Origin: a virus | Reading direction: 5' to 3' (one strand) | Virus record (IMG/VR): IMGVR_UViG_3300046028_006182 | Span: 1-64,000 of that record | Length of the DNA stretch: 64,000 nt | Shown: one piece after another, positions 27,226 through 36,956 of the stretch | Layout of the letters: every line of letters begins with the position of its first letter | Numbering within the stretch: position 1 is the first letter of the stretch | The notes under the pieces: generated by a model | The model's input: the letters and a program-made list of their open reading frames with translations, nothing else | Told to the model about the DNA's origin: nothing | The model's database searches: none | Made by a program: the position numbers and the translations under genes

Positions 27226-28724
27226 GCTCAGCATTGTTCCACGGCTTTGGTTCTCCTTGGGTGAAAGTATTTAACCGCAAGGGGGAAGAGCTTAACCAGA
27301 ATATCAATAGGTTTTCCTATAAGTACTCAGAGGATGAGGATGATGAGTTATCTATCACCTTTGAAACGGATGACGAAACTATCCTAGATAAGCCCGAGAT
27401 GCAGGAGGGAGTTGAGATGATTGTTACTTGGGGGTATCTTAATGGGTTAGACACAGGCAAGAGGAAAGTATATATCCAAAACATAGAACCTTTCTTTGGT
27501 CCTAGTGGAATAGTTATAACTATTGTATGTACAGACAAACTAGCTACTTTAAGAAATACTAGCAAGTCAAAAGTGCATCTAAGTGCTACCCTAACCTCTT
27601 TAGCAACAACGATAGCAGATGATGCGGGAATAACCTTCGGGGGTATTGGAATAGATGAGGATGGGGAATACGTAGATGCCTTCATTCACGACAATGATAA
27701 AAGCCCATCGGTATTCGAGTCAACCGGTAATTTCTCTGCTGCTGTTGATAATACCGCTGCACCCATTGACAAGATGATGAGGATATACCCCGTCCTACCG
27801 CAAGGAAATAAGTCAGATATAAGGTTACTTAATGAGGTATGCAATGATGAGCCAGGTGGCCCCTACATAGTAGAGGGCAGAGATGACAAGTTGATTATTA
27901 AAAAGCGAAACTTCAGCCAAAAGCCTTTAAGGATATACGAGTATAGCTTTGGGGATGGAGAGTTAATATCCTTTAGCCCCGAAACTAAGAACCGGGTAGG
28001 AAAGAATAGCTCAACAAACGTAGAGGTAGGTGGGTGGGACCCACTCGAGAAGAAGTATACCTCTGTAAATGTAAACCAATCTAACTCACAAGACGTGAGG
28101 CTAGGTGACCAATGCGACGGAACACCTAGGTCTTTTGAGGTAACTAGTAACGAGGAGCTAGGTAATGCTTTCCCAGTATTTACAGGTAAGGTACTTGGAG
28201 AGAATGAGCTATACCCATCAATATCTACCGCTAGCGAGGATTTCTTTGCGGACAGCGGGTACTATGTGGCTGCTGTAGATAATACAGCGATAATACTACG
28301 GGATAATCTCCCTATTTTAGATATCTCCGAAACGATACACTCCATAGATAGTGACCCCCTAGATATTGCCGCAAAGGGTAAGAACCGCTATGAAAAAGCC
28401 CAGCTTGACAAAAACCCGGGATCAGCTACAGTTGTTGGGCACCCTTTATTAAAGACAGGGAAGTTAATAACCATGCTAGGTAAGTTGCCAAAGAAGTACA
28501 CCGGTAATTACTACATAGTGGAGTGTGTCCATGAGCTTATCCCAGACTCAGGTTACTTATGCTACCTAAAGCTAACCAGGAATGCAACAAAGAAAGCCGA
28601 AGAGAGCGTGGGTAACGGAGTAGATACTGACGATATGATTAATAACCTTATGGGGGATGATGAGGATATAATTGATGGCAAGGGTAGTATACCAACTTTT
28701 GACCCCAATTACCCCGACGAGTAG
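27222..28724 (+). CDS. Baseplate hub (P2 GpD / late control D-like)
   Basis: VTWGY, GHPLLKTGKLI, YTGNYYI..VHE motifs. Confidence 0.8.
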   Translation: MSSALFHGFGSPWVKVFNRKGEELNQNINRFSYKYSEDEDDELSITFETDDETILDKPEMQEGVEMIVTWGYLNGLDTGKRKVYIQNIEPFFGPSGIVITIVCTDKLATLRNTSKSKVHLSATLTSLATTIADDAGITFGGIGIDEDGEYVDAFIHDNDKSPSVFESTGNFSAAVDNTAAPIDKMMRIYPVLPQGNKSDIRLLNEVCNDEPGGPYIVEGRDDKLIIKKRNFSQKPLRIYEYSFGDGELISFSPETKNRVGKNSSTNVEVGGWDPLEKKYTSVNVNQSNSQDVRLGDQCDGTPRSFEVTSNEELGNAFPVFTGKVLGENELYPSISTASEDFFADSGYYVAAVDNTAIILRDNLPILDISETIHSIDSDPLDIAAKGKNRYEKAQLDKNPGSATVVGHPLLKTGKLITMLGKLPKKYTGNYYIVECVHELIPDSGYLCYLKLTRNATKKAEESVGNGVDTDDMINNLMGDDEDIIDGKGSIPTFDPNYPDE

Positions 28725-28741
28725 CTTATAAATATATACCC

Positions 28742-29437
28742 ATGACGATAGGAGACCTAATAAGAGATATGCTATACCTAGGGCTAGAGCGGTTCGGACT
28801 GTACTACGCAACCTATCGAGCATTCGTAATGGACGTTGAAGACCCCCTACACCTAGGCCGAGTAAAGTTAAAGATACCCGAGATAGCTAAAAATGCCATC
28901 ATCGACTACTGGGCTTTCCCTAAATCATTTTCTGGCCCCGGCTATGGTATTCAGAATATCCCCGAGAAAGGAGATATGGTCTGGGTAACATTTGAACTAG
29001 GTTCTCCCCGTAGGCCTATTTGGGAACATGGGCATTTTGGTAAGAATGAGCCCCCAAGTATAGAAAGACTAAAGAGCTACAACAATAGGTGGCTAAGAAC
29101 TAAAGCTGGCCACACCATCGAGGTAGATGACAAGGAAGAGCTCATAAGGATAACTAACCTCTCCGATTTTAACATCCTGATAAAGAAAGACAAGATATAC
29201 CTACTCTCTGAGCTATCTAACGCTAATGCCCAACCTATCTTACTCGGGGATGAAACTATAAAGCAAGTGCAGCAGCTAAGTGATAACCTTGACACCTTCT
29301 TTAATGCCGTTAATGTGGCAGTACCTACACCCAGCGACGGGGGCGCTGCAATACAAACAACATTAAAGGCCGCAATAACTACACTTACCCCAGTTGATTT
29401 CTCTAATTGTAAATCAACTACCTCAAAAACAGACTAA
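28742..29437 (+). CDS. Baseplate spike (gp5/VgrG OB-fold)
   Basis: DPLHLGRVKLKIP, PEKGDMVWVTFELG..RPIW, GHTIEVDD. Confidence 0.9.
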   Translation: MTIGDLIRDMLYLGLERFGLYYATYRAFVMDVEDPLHLGRVKLKIPEIAKNAIIDYWAFPKSFSGPGYGIQNIPEKGDMVWVTFELGSPRRPIWEHGHFGKNEPPSIERLKSYNNRWLRTKAGHTIEVDDKEELIRITNLSDFNILIKKDKIYLLSELSNANAQPILLGDETIKQVQQLSDNLDTFFNAVNVAVPTPSDGGAAIQTTLKAAITTLTPVDFSNCKSTTSKTD

Positions 29438-29441
29438 GCCC

Positions 29442-29837
29442 ATGGAATTAGCTAATCAATTTATTGGAGGTGCTCTGGTATTCCCTATTGAGTTAAACAG
29501 CTTGGGGGGAGTAACCGCTACAACAGGGGCCGAGGTTATAAAAAACTCTATACGGATAATCCTTGGTTGGCCTTCTTCTCAAAGGTTCTTCTTGGGTGCC
29601 TTCGGCTCTAAGCTGGAAATGCTATTGCAGGAGCCGAATGATAATATAGTAAAGGGCTTATTAAAAACTGTTACGATTGAAGCTCTTAGATTATGGGAGA
29701 AAAGGGTAGAGGTAAAGGACTCTATGGTAGTGAATATTGAGGCTGACCGCATTGACATACTATTAAGCTATCGGATTAAGGCTACCCAAGAAGAAGACTC
29801 TTTCATTTGGCCTTTCTATAAAACCATTAAGCAATGA
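29442..29837 (+). CDS. Baseplate wedge gp25/GpW-like (likely start 29442)
   Basis: SIRIIL...RFFLGAFGS..LQEP, ALRLWEKRV. Confidence 0.9.
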   Translation: MELANQFIGGALVFPIELNSLGGVTATTGAEVIKNSIRIILGWPSSQRFFLGAFGSKLEMLLQEPNDNIVKGLLKTVTIEALRLWEKRVEVKDSMVVNIEADRIDILLSYRIKATQEEDSFIWPFYKTIKQ

Positions 29838-31501
29838 TACAGGATTGGATTAATTACACAGACAGGTCTTACCAGCAGATTAAAGCCTCACTATTAAGTA
29901 GGTTAGTAATCTCTAACCCCGAAGTAACTGACCATAGCGAGAGTAACCTCTTGGTAGTTATTATCGGTATGTTCTCGGGAGTAGCGGAGAAGTTGCACTA
30001 TTATATTGACAATGCCGCACGGGAGTCTTTTATAGGTACTGCCCGTAGGTTTGTATCAATGGTAAAACTGGTTAGGATATTAGACTACCGAATTAAAGCT
30101 CGGTACCCATCCGTTGCGGATATACAGATTAGCTTTTTTGATAGCGGCTCTACTCCTGTAGCTCTATCATCACCCGGATTGATACCAGCTCTATCTACCG
30201 TGGAGACGCTATCAGGTGTTACATACCGGGTGTTATCTAATATAGTAATACCCGCTGGTTCTCTAGTCTATAGCTTTAGTGCCGAGCAAGTTGACTTGAT
30301 AACCGGGCAGAATATAGGTACTACTACCGGCCTAGCTAATCAGCAAGTTACCATCGGTACTACCTATGTTGATGGTACCATGGAAATTGATATTAACGGG
30401 GACCCCTGGGTATTACAAGAAACTTTAGGGTATTCCACCCCTACCGATAAACACTTCATAGTAGAGATAGACGTAGACGGTTTAGCCAAGGTTGTATTTG
30501 GAGACGGGGTAAATGCTGAGATACCCCAGCCGGGTTATACTATCCTAGCCTCATACCGAACCACTCTCGGAGTATTGGGAAAGACTAATGCCAATACTAT
30601 AACTACTGTTGGCTCTTTCACGGGTTCATCTTTCCCAGGGGCTACATCATATACTATAAATAACCCCCTTGCCTCAGTGGGCGGCTCGGATTACCAGGGT
30701 ATTGAGAGCATTCGTAACCTAGCTCCTCGGAGTATTAGGACCTTAAGTAGGGCAGTAACTCGACAGGACTACATCGACATAGCCCTCCTAGCTCCCGGTG
30801 TTGCAAAAGCCGCTCTTGAATATTACTGCGGTAAAAATATCTATATCTACATAGCACCTAACGGAGGGGGTATTGCACAGTCTGCCCTATTGGCTACAAC
30901 TCTTGCCTACTTTGATGATAAGAAAATGGTAACAACCTTCCCTAGGATAAGGCCGGCAGGAGAGTCATACCTAGTAATTGTATTAACTGTTACTAAGAAG
31001 AATAGAGCAGACGCCACTTTGACTGAGCTAGACATAAGGGGGGCAGTAGAAAACTTCTATAGCTTTGATAACTCGGACATTAACAAAGTAATTGCTCTAT
31101 CTGACCTATACTCGGTAGTAGACAATCTAAGCCGGGTAGAGAGGTTGACTATCGACTTTATAGGGCTTAGACCTTATGCTCGGCCGCAAAACCATAACCA
31201 TGAGCTGAACTGGGATAAGGTTACTCTACTATCATCAACCACGGTTAATGTGTGGAAGCTAGTATATACAGGTATTGGAGTATTTAGCCTATACCGTAAC
31301 CAATCATTCCTAGCAAATATACCGATTAACACAGTATATACTGACCCACTTAATACAATTACTATCGAATTGTACACAGGAGCTTACTCTATCTCTAATG
31401 AATGGGTATTTAAAACCTACCCTGCTAATCGGGATATACTTATTGATGACTTCACAGTACCAACACTAATAAACACAGACCTAACCCTAAACATTCAATA
31501 G
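29834..31501 (+). CDS. Baseplate wedge J-like protein
   Basis: YTDRSY, FGDGVN..P, GGSD, RAVTRQDY motifs. Confidence 0.9.
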   Translation: MIQDWINYTDRSYQQIKASLLSRLVISNPEVTDHSESNLLVVIIGMFSGVAEKLHYYIDNAARESFIGTARRFVSMVKLVRILDYRIKARYPSVADIQISFFDSGSTPVALSSPGLIPALSTVETLSGVTYRVLSNIVIPAGSLVYSFSAEQVDLITGQNIGTTTGLANQQVTIGTTYVDGTMEIDINGDPWVLQETLGYSTPTDKHFIVEIDVDGLAKVVFGDGVNAEIPQPGYTILASYRTTLGVLGKTNANTITTVGSFTGSSFPGATSYTINNPLASVGGSDYQGIESIRNLAPRSIRTLSRAVTRQDYIDIALLAPGVAKAALEYYCGKNIYIYIAPNGGGIAQSALLATTLAYFDDKKMVTTFPRIRPAGESYLVIVLTVTKKNRADATLTELDIRGAVENFYSFDNSDINKVIALSDLYSVVDNLSRVERLTIDFIGLRPYARPQNHNHELNWDKVTLLSSTTVNVWKLVYTGIGVFSLYRNQSFLANIPINTVYTDPLNTITIELYTGAYSISNEWVFKTYPANRDILIDDFTVPTLINTDLTLNIQ

Positions 31502-31504
31502 GCT

Positions 31505-32263
31505 ATGACCTTTAAAACCTTCCTATTCGACAGGCTACCCGCTAATATTTTCAAGGCCCTAGACTCCTACAAGGATAACTCAGGTAGGGGTTTACTTGAG
31601 CGGTACCTAGAGATATTTGGAGATGAGCTAGACGAGGATGTAGTTATACTGATTGAGGAACTTACTAGTCAGGTTGACCCCAAGCTAGCTAACCAAGATT
31701 ACCTTAATCTTATCTCATATACCTTAGGAGATGTTCCCGACTTCCTGGGTGTAGTAGCTACATACCGAAACCTATTAGCTACCATTATGTCTATTTACAA
31801 GATTAAGGGTACTAAGCGGAGTTATACTTTACTATTCGCTTTATTGGGGTTCCAGATTACTATTACAGAGACTCCTGTAATTGACCCATTACTGTACGAT
31901 AACCTAGTGCTATTCGACTCGGGCAACCTATTCGACTCGACTTGCCAGAATTGCTCAGGCTACTCAATTAACTTTACTTTTACCAATGGTAGCTGTACTA
32001 ACCCCGCATCTTACACGCTGACAGCTGCTAACTTAGCGGCAATCCGTAAAATTATCGTATTTAACGAGCCCATAAATGCTTACCTTGAAACGCTGACGAA
32101 CTCAATTAGAGTATGTGAGGAATTAGATGGGTGCTTAGCCGAGGAAGCTACACTATCCACCTTAGATTATAATAACTATGATGAGGCCCTGCTATTTGAC
32201 AATGGGGTAACTTTTGATAACCACATACTTACTTCCCAGGTGATAAGTGAGAGTGTATGCTAA
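31505..32263 (+). CDS. Baseplate wedge / P2 tail protein I-like
   Basis: LERYL..FG, YKIKGT motif. Confidence 0.8.
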   Translation: MTFKTFLFDRLPANIFKALDSYKDNSGRGLLERYLEIFGDELDEDVVILIEELTSQVDPKLANQDYLNLISYTLGDVPDFLGVVATYRNLLATIMSIYKIKGTKRSYTLLFALLGFQITITETPVIDPLLYDNLVLFDSGNLFDSTCQNCSGYSINFTFTNGSCTNPASYTLTAANLAAIRKIIVFNEPINAYLETLTNSIRVCEELDGCLAEEATLSTLDYNNYDEALLFDNGVTFDNHILTSQVISESVC

Positions 32264-32273
32264 AACTACAGAG

Positions 32274-32582
32274 ATGTCGGAGGTAACAGAGATTAATCTA
32301 TCCATCGGGAATATAATTGCTATTGCCGGGGTAAGTCTAACCGTAATAGTTACGGGGGGTGGACTAGCTGCTAACTGGATGAAAGTAAAAGTACACAACG
32401 CAGTACTAGAGGAAAGGATTAAAGCAGTACATGAGGACTACTTAAAGCTTTGCGTTGCGATTGACAAGGAGAGGGTACGCAATGACTCCCACTATAACGT
32501 ACTCTACTCTAAGCTAGAGCGAATGAGTGGGGTACTTAATACTATAACTAGGAAACTTGACCGTAAAGTAGATAAAAGGTAG
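32274..32582 (+). CDS. Single-TM plus coiled-coil protein (holin/antiholin-like); likely start 32274
   Basis: One hydrophobic helix followed by a coiled coil. Confidence 0.5.
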   Translation: MSEVTEINLSIGNIIAIAGVSLTVIVTGGGLAANWMKVKVHNAVLEERIKAVHEDYLKLCVAIDKERVRNDSHYNVLYSKLERMSGVLNTITRKLDRKVDKR

Positions 32583-32586
32583 CGAC

Positions 32587-32886
32587 ATGGAGATAAAGAT
32601 ACTAGTGATACACTTGATTATAGCTCTAAGTGGAACTATAGCCCACATCTTCTCTAAGCTAGCCAGCCTAGAAGTGAGAAGAAACTTCTCTCTATCCGAG
32701 TGGCTCGGGCGTAATAAGTATAGGACTACTTTCTCTATCCTAAGTACGGCTATTGTAATGACTGTGATACTACCCCACGATGAAGTGGAGGGTTTAACAG
32801 CTTTTACAATAGGTTACACGATTGACTCTTTTATGAAGAACTTAACTAAAACGCCAAAACTTAAAAACCCCGATGAAGAAGGATAA
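32587..32886 (+). CDS. Putative holin
   Basis: 99 aa, 2-3 hydrophobic helices, charged C-terminus. Confidence 0.55.
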   Translation: MEIKILVIHLIIALSGTIAHIFSKLASLEVRRNFSLSEWLGRNKYRTTFSILSTAIVMTVILPHDEVEGLTAFTIGYTIDSFMKNLTKTPKLKNPDEEG

Positions 32887-33307
32887 CATCAATGCCTCTA
32901 TAAAGGGGGAAGTAGAGATATATGCTCTACTAAAAGACGGGAGTAGAGAGCTACTACTCTCTAAGGACAATGCCCTGCAGGTAGTTGCTAAACGAATGAT
33001 ATTCCAAGGCCTATCCGGTGACCTAGTTAATGGAAAGCTATCTAGCGTTGCACTATACAAAAATAGCCATACTACTCTACTAGCACTAGCTACTGTCTCC
33101 TCCTGGGACCACTCAGTAGCTGACGAGTTGACTATGACTGCAGTATTAGCTCCTGGGTACTTTGATGACACTATTACTTCCCTAGCCTTAATTAACTCAG
33201 CTTTAGTGGAGTTCTCAGTGTTAACTGGTTTCTCAGTTTATAAAGACCTCACTACTGCTATTGAGGTTAAATGGAAATTGACTTTTATAAACCTTAATAA
33301 CCTATAA
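32873..33307 (+). CDS. Tail-fibre attachment / baseplate-associated protein
   Basis: KGEVEI...N and KD....EVKWKLTF pattern; precedes the fibre gene. Confidence 0.6.
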   Translation: MKKDNINASIKGEVEIYALLKDGSRELLLSKDNALQVVAKRMIFQGLSGDLVNGKLSSVALYKNSHTTLLALATVSSWDHSVADELTMTAVLAPGYFDDTITSLALINSALVEFSVLTGFSVYKDLTTAIEVKWKLTFINLNNL

Positions 33308-33312
33308 CCTTT

Positions 33313-34659
33313 ATGGCAATAGAACGCAGATACCACAATTACCGAGACCCCATTAAGAGCTCAACTATACATGAGTCAGCTCAAGGTATACTACCAGCGG
33401 GTAGGTACAGGGGGTTAAATGAGATTGATAATCCCTCGGGGCTAGGCTTTGATTTAGTGACTACAGGCAATAGCCTTAGAACTAGGGGATTTCGATTTGT
33501 AGACAATGAGACCCCGGCTAACAATGCCGATGACCAAGGGGTAGTTGTTACACCGGAAGGCCAAGTAGTTCATTTTGATGGGGCTACTGCTCTAGCTTTT
33601 GTTACAAACTCAGGTAACCTTAATGACCGCATAGACTTGATAATCTACCGTCAGGATTGGGACACCACAGTAGGAGGCGTTGCTGGTACCTTCATAGTAA
33701 TACAGGGGGGGATGGGTGGACCAGTTACCCCGAGTATACCAGACCCAGATACTGATGCTGCTATCGGGTATTTAGAAATACCTGCCGGTGCTACACTAGC
33801 ATCCGCTATAACTTACGTACCCTATGATAGTCCCGATATCTCGGGTAGACCCTCTGCTAAAGTAGGTGAGTATAATAAGTTTACTAATCTAAACGCATTT
33901 AGCTATGCTCAAGCAGGAGTAACCGAGATACTGACCAGTACTTCGGCAGAGGCTATCCAGCTATCGAGCTTCGCTAACTCAGTTAACTACATACCATCGG
34001 CTCACTCTAACATAGTGGGTATTAAATCACCGGTTGGTTATGTAGCTGGTCTTACCTATAAGCTAACTAACTACGGGGCTGGCCCGATAAAGATAAGCAA
34101 TAACTTATCAATGCCTAGTGCAGATGAGCTAGACAATATCTTTGGTATATTAGTAAATAGCCCGGCAGGCTACATAGTACTCCAACCCGGAGACTCAGCC
34201 ATACTGGAGTTAGCTGACTCACAGTATTACATAGCTTGCTGGAGAGTAACACCAAGTGCTGATAACACAGGCGAGGATTGGATTACCCTAGGCACTGGCG
34301 GGGTATTTACCTATGTAAATAACTGGGCAACGGGAGCTCTAAGTAGCAACACAGCGAGATACCGAGTAACTGCTGCTGGTTATGTAGAGTTAGCTGGGCA
34401 CGTACAGAAAACTGCGGGCTCTTTTGCGGTGGAGAATATCGTAACGAATATCCCGGCTGCTTTAATGCCAACGACAGCGGCATTCTATAGTGCTGGGGTA
34501 ATGGTAGGACTGGGTGGCTCTGGCAATGTTAGAAGAAACGCAGTATTAACCTTATCTCCTACTAGCAGTAACCTACTAGCTATGCAGGCATTTGACTCGG
34601 CAATGGCAATAGGGGATGTAGTTCTGTTGGATGGTATAAGATGGAGACCTGGTATCTAA
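33313..34659 (+). CDS. Tail fibre / receptor-binding protein
   Basis: RIDLII anchor motif; C-terminal WITL..YVNNW..RYRV..GYVELAG..IPAALMP fibre-tip domain. Confidence 0.8.
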   Translation: MAIERRYHNYRDPIKSSTIHESAQGILPAGRYRGLNEIDNPSGLGFDLVTTGNSLRTRGFRFVDNETPANNADDQGVVVTPEGQVVHFDGATALAFVTNSGNLNDRIDLIIYRQDWDTTVGGVAGTFIVIQGGMGGPVTPSIPDPDTDAAIGYLEIPAGATLASAITYVPYDSPDISGRPSAKVGEYNKFTNLNAFSYAQAGVTEILTSTSAEAIQLSSFANSVNYIPSAHSNIVGIKSPVGYVAGLTYKLTNYGAGPIKISNNLSMPSADELDNIFGILVNSPAGYIVLQPGDSAILELADSQYYIACWRVTPSADNTGEDWITLGTGGVFTYVNNWATGALSSNTARYRVTAAGYVELAGHVQKTAGSFAVENIVTNIPAALMPTTAAFYSAGVMVGLGGSGNVRRNAVLTLSPTSSNLLAMQAFDSAMAIGDVVLLDGIRWRPGI

Positions 34660-34674
34660 TCATTAGATAGATGG

Positions 34675-34703
34675 AAGCCCTACTCTTAACTGAGTAGGGC
34701 TTT
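34675..34703. terminator. Bidirectional terminator between convergent genes
   Basis: AAGCCCTACTC / GAGTAGGGCTT stem overlapping the stop of the minus-strand gene. Confidence 0.75.
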
Positions 34704-35363
34704 CTTGTCTTCGTTCTTTTGGAAGTAATCTCTTGCCGACTCAATAGCTATTTGTATCTCATGCTTAAGGCTTCTAACATAAGTAGTACCATTGCTCTTA
34801 GTGTCTAGCCCTAAATACTCAACCAATAGGGCAGTGGGTATTTTAGATAGGTTATGCTTATCTGCCTCTGCCATGCGAGTAACAATATATGATGGAGGCT
34901 CTAGCTCGATAGTAAATAAAAAGAAAGCATCCTCCGAGAGGTTATCTTTCAAGTAATTCATTGCATCAGTAAGAACTCTTTGGGTGTCTAGCTCGGTATT
35001 TAAGATTTCATCATACCCTATATCGCAACCCTCAAAGAAGTGATAATCCTCAACTTGCATCGTTTGGGCGATAGCTTTGTTATTTTGATTATAGCTGGTA
35101 TTCAATATCCTAAACTTATACATCTTTAGGGAATTGATTACATACCCGAGTAGGTTATCGGGTGTCTTAGTTTTGTGGTATTTTTGAAAGACATATAGTA
35201 ATTTAATATCCAACCAGGAGAGGATATCCTCATATTCTACTTTAAAGTGGTGGGGGTTAATATCTCTAGCAATCTTTCTACGCAGGTTATAGGTTGATTG
35301 GTAGATGTGATTGAATAGCTTTTCATCGTACTCATCAAGAGTACGGAGTCTGTGTTCTTCCAT
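34686..35363 (-). CDS. Putative phage sigma-factor-like transcription regulator
   Basis: Region-2-like EDILSWLDIKLLYVFQKY...YVINSL..RI and C-terminal HTH-like LLVEYLGL; lone opposite-strand gene with a host promoter. Confidence 0.5.
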   Translation of the reverse strand: MEEHRLRTLDEYDEKLFNHIYQSTYNLRRKIARDINPHHFKVEYEDILSWLDIKLLYVFQKYHKTKTPDNLLGYVINSLKMYKFRILNTSYNQNNKAIAQTMQVEDYHFFEGCDIGYDEILNTELDTQRVLTDAMNYLKDNLSEDAFFLFTIELEPPSYIVTRMAEADKHNLSKIPTALLVEYLGLDTKSNGTTYVRSLKHEIQIAIESARDYFQKNEDKKALLS

Positions 35364-35397
35364 ATTACCCGGGGTTTATTAGTTATTATGTTATTCC

Positions 35398-35429
35398 CAA
35401 ATTTAAGATAAATATTTGAAATTTGCAAA
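35398..35429 (-). promoter_or_regulatory. Bacteroidota sigma promoter for the sigma-like gene
   Basis: Minus strand TTTG (35429-35426), 20-nt spacer, TAAATTTG (35405-35398). Confidence 0.8.
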
Positions 35430-35552
35430 TAACCCCATAAAAATAGTTTTTTAAATTCATCGAGATTACTCTTGTAAATATAACGTAACATAGGGAAATT
35501 AAGAATTTATTATTTTTAGAGGGGATTACTTTTATTAGAAAAGAATGATACT

Positions 35553-36956
35553 ATGGCGGATAAATTTCAGTTTGGGACAGACTTTCAACAGGAGATACTC
35601 AAGGTTACAGCTACTGACAAGAACAACTACAAGATAATACAGTTATACCAACCCGAATACTTTACTCTACTAACACACAAAGCTATAGCCTTTGCCTTTA
35701 AGCGTTATTTTAAGGCTACCGGGAGCTTACCTAATAAGATAGTATTAAGGGAGGAGCTAAGGAAGGTATTCAGGCTAAAGAGCTATAGTGCTGACTACGA
35801 CGAAGCTACTAAAAACCGTACTTTTAAGATAGCCTCCAAGCTATACGCAACTCCCTCTACTAGACCCGAGGATATTATCGAGAGTACCAAGAAGTTTGCT
35901 AGGTTTACCCTGCTCAAGGAGGAAATCTCTAACGTGGACCTGCTCGACTTTGATAACTACGATAAATTCCAGACCAGGGTACAGAATGCTATTACCTTTG
36001 GGCATGAGTCATCCGATAGGGTTGGTACTTTTGTAGTGGGTGGGATAAGAGCTAGGCAAACAGAGCGAAAATTTAGATCCCCAATGGTGGAGTTGCCATA
36101 CCGCCAATGGAACAAGATGATGAATGGCAATGGCTCTGAGAAAGGCAGCTTGATTTGTATATTGGGTAAAGAGAAGGACTTTAAAACGGGTATGCTTATA
36201 AACATCGCTAGAGCCCGACTGCGAAGAGCTAAAAAGATACTCTACATTGACCTTGAGAATAACGAAAGCCCCCTAGCAACTAGGGCTGAGCAATCAATAG
36301 CTCGGTTAACTAAGGAGGATATCCTTTTAGGTAAGAATGACTTAGCTATCCAGAAGATAATGAGGAGGTACCAAAGGATAGGGGCTGAGTTATATATAAA
36401 AAGACTCCCCGCTTACCATGCTACCTGTAACACTATACAAGCCGAGATGGACAAGATGTATAGAGAGTATGGTATTAAGTTTGACGAGATAGTGTTAGAC
36501 TTCATAGGCTTGCTGGGAGCACTCTCTGGCGCTAAGGATGATTTACAACGTATCTCGGATGCCACCGTCGATTTCAAGAACCTGCTGTCCTCTAATCAAA
36601 TAGACCTAGGGTACACAGCTATGCACGTAACTCGGGAGGGGGAAGCTGCTCGGAAGAATACATGCTACATACCTAATGACATTGCCAAGTGTAAAGACAT
36701 TGGGCGACACGTAGATATGCTAGTGGGTATCAACTCAAATGACAATGAGGACCGGGAAGGGGTTATGAGGGTAGAGATGATAGAGCAAAGGGATGGTTTA
36801 CCCTTTGGTAGAGTACTTCTCTGGGTAGATAAGAAAACTCAGCACGTTAAGGAATTCACTATCAAAGAGGAGGAGGCCTATAAACAGCAGATGCAGGAGG
36901 TTATAGACTCTGCCGATGACGTTAAGCGCAAACAGAAAAACTCTAAAGACTTATGA
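35553..36956 (+). CDS. DnaB-like (SF4) replicative helicase
   Basis: LYIDLE, IVLDFIGLL, TAMHVTR, IA.C.DI.RHVD; atypical Walker A GKEKDFKT. Confidence 0.85.
   Translation: MADKFQFGTDFQQEILKVTATDKNNYKIIQLYQPEYFTLLTHKAIAFAFKRYFKATGSLPNKIVLREELRKVFRLKSYSADYDEATKNRTFKIASKLYATPSTRPEDIIESTKKFARFTLLKEEISNVDLLDFDNYDKFQTRVQNAITFGHESSDRVGTFVVGGIRARQTERKFRSPMVELPYRQWNKMMNGNGSEKGSLICILGKEKDFKTGMLINIARARLRRAKKILYIDLENNESPLATRAEQSIARLTKEDILLGKNDLAIQKIMRRYQRIGAELYIKRLPAYHATCNTIQAEMDKMYREYGIKFDEIVLDFIGLLGALSGAKDDLQRISDATVDFKNLLSSNQIDLGYTAMHVTREGEAARKNTCYIPNDIAKCKDIGRHVDMLVGINSNDNEDREGVMRVEMIEQRDGLPFGRVLLWVDKKTQHVKEFTIKEEEAYKQQMQEVIDSADDVKRKQKNSKDL

Noticed and set aside
31499-31507. TAG stop-codon reassignment, suggested by TAG abundance and the in-frame TAG-GCT-ATG between the baseplate J and I genes
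   Set aside because: All conserved genes are full length in the standard code, other TAG stops are followed by out-of-frame starts, and no suppressor tRNA is seen.
33313-34659. Diversity-generating retroelement or invertible tail-fibre cassette
   Set aside because: No reverse transcriptase, template repeat, invertase or duplicated fibre tips in the window.
20857-34659. Bacterial contractile injection system or tailocin
   Set aside because: Contiguous with terminase, portal, capsid and replication genes, so it is a phage tail.
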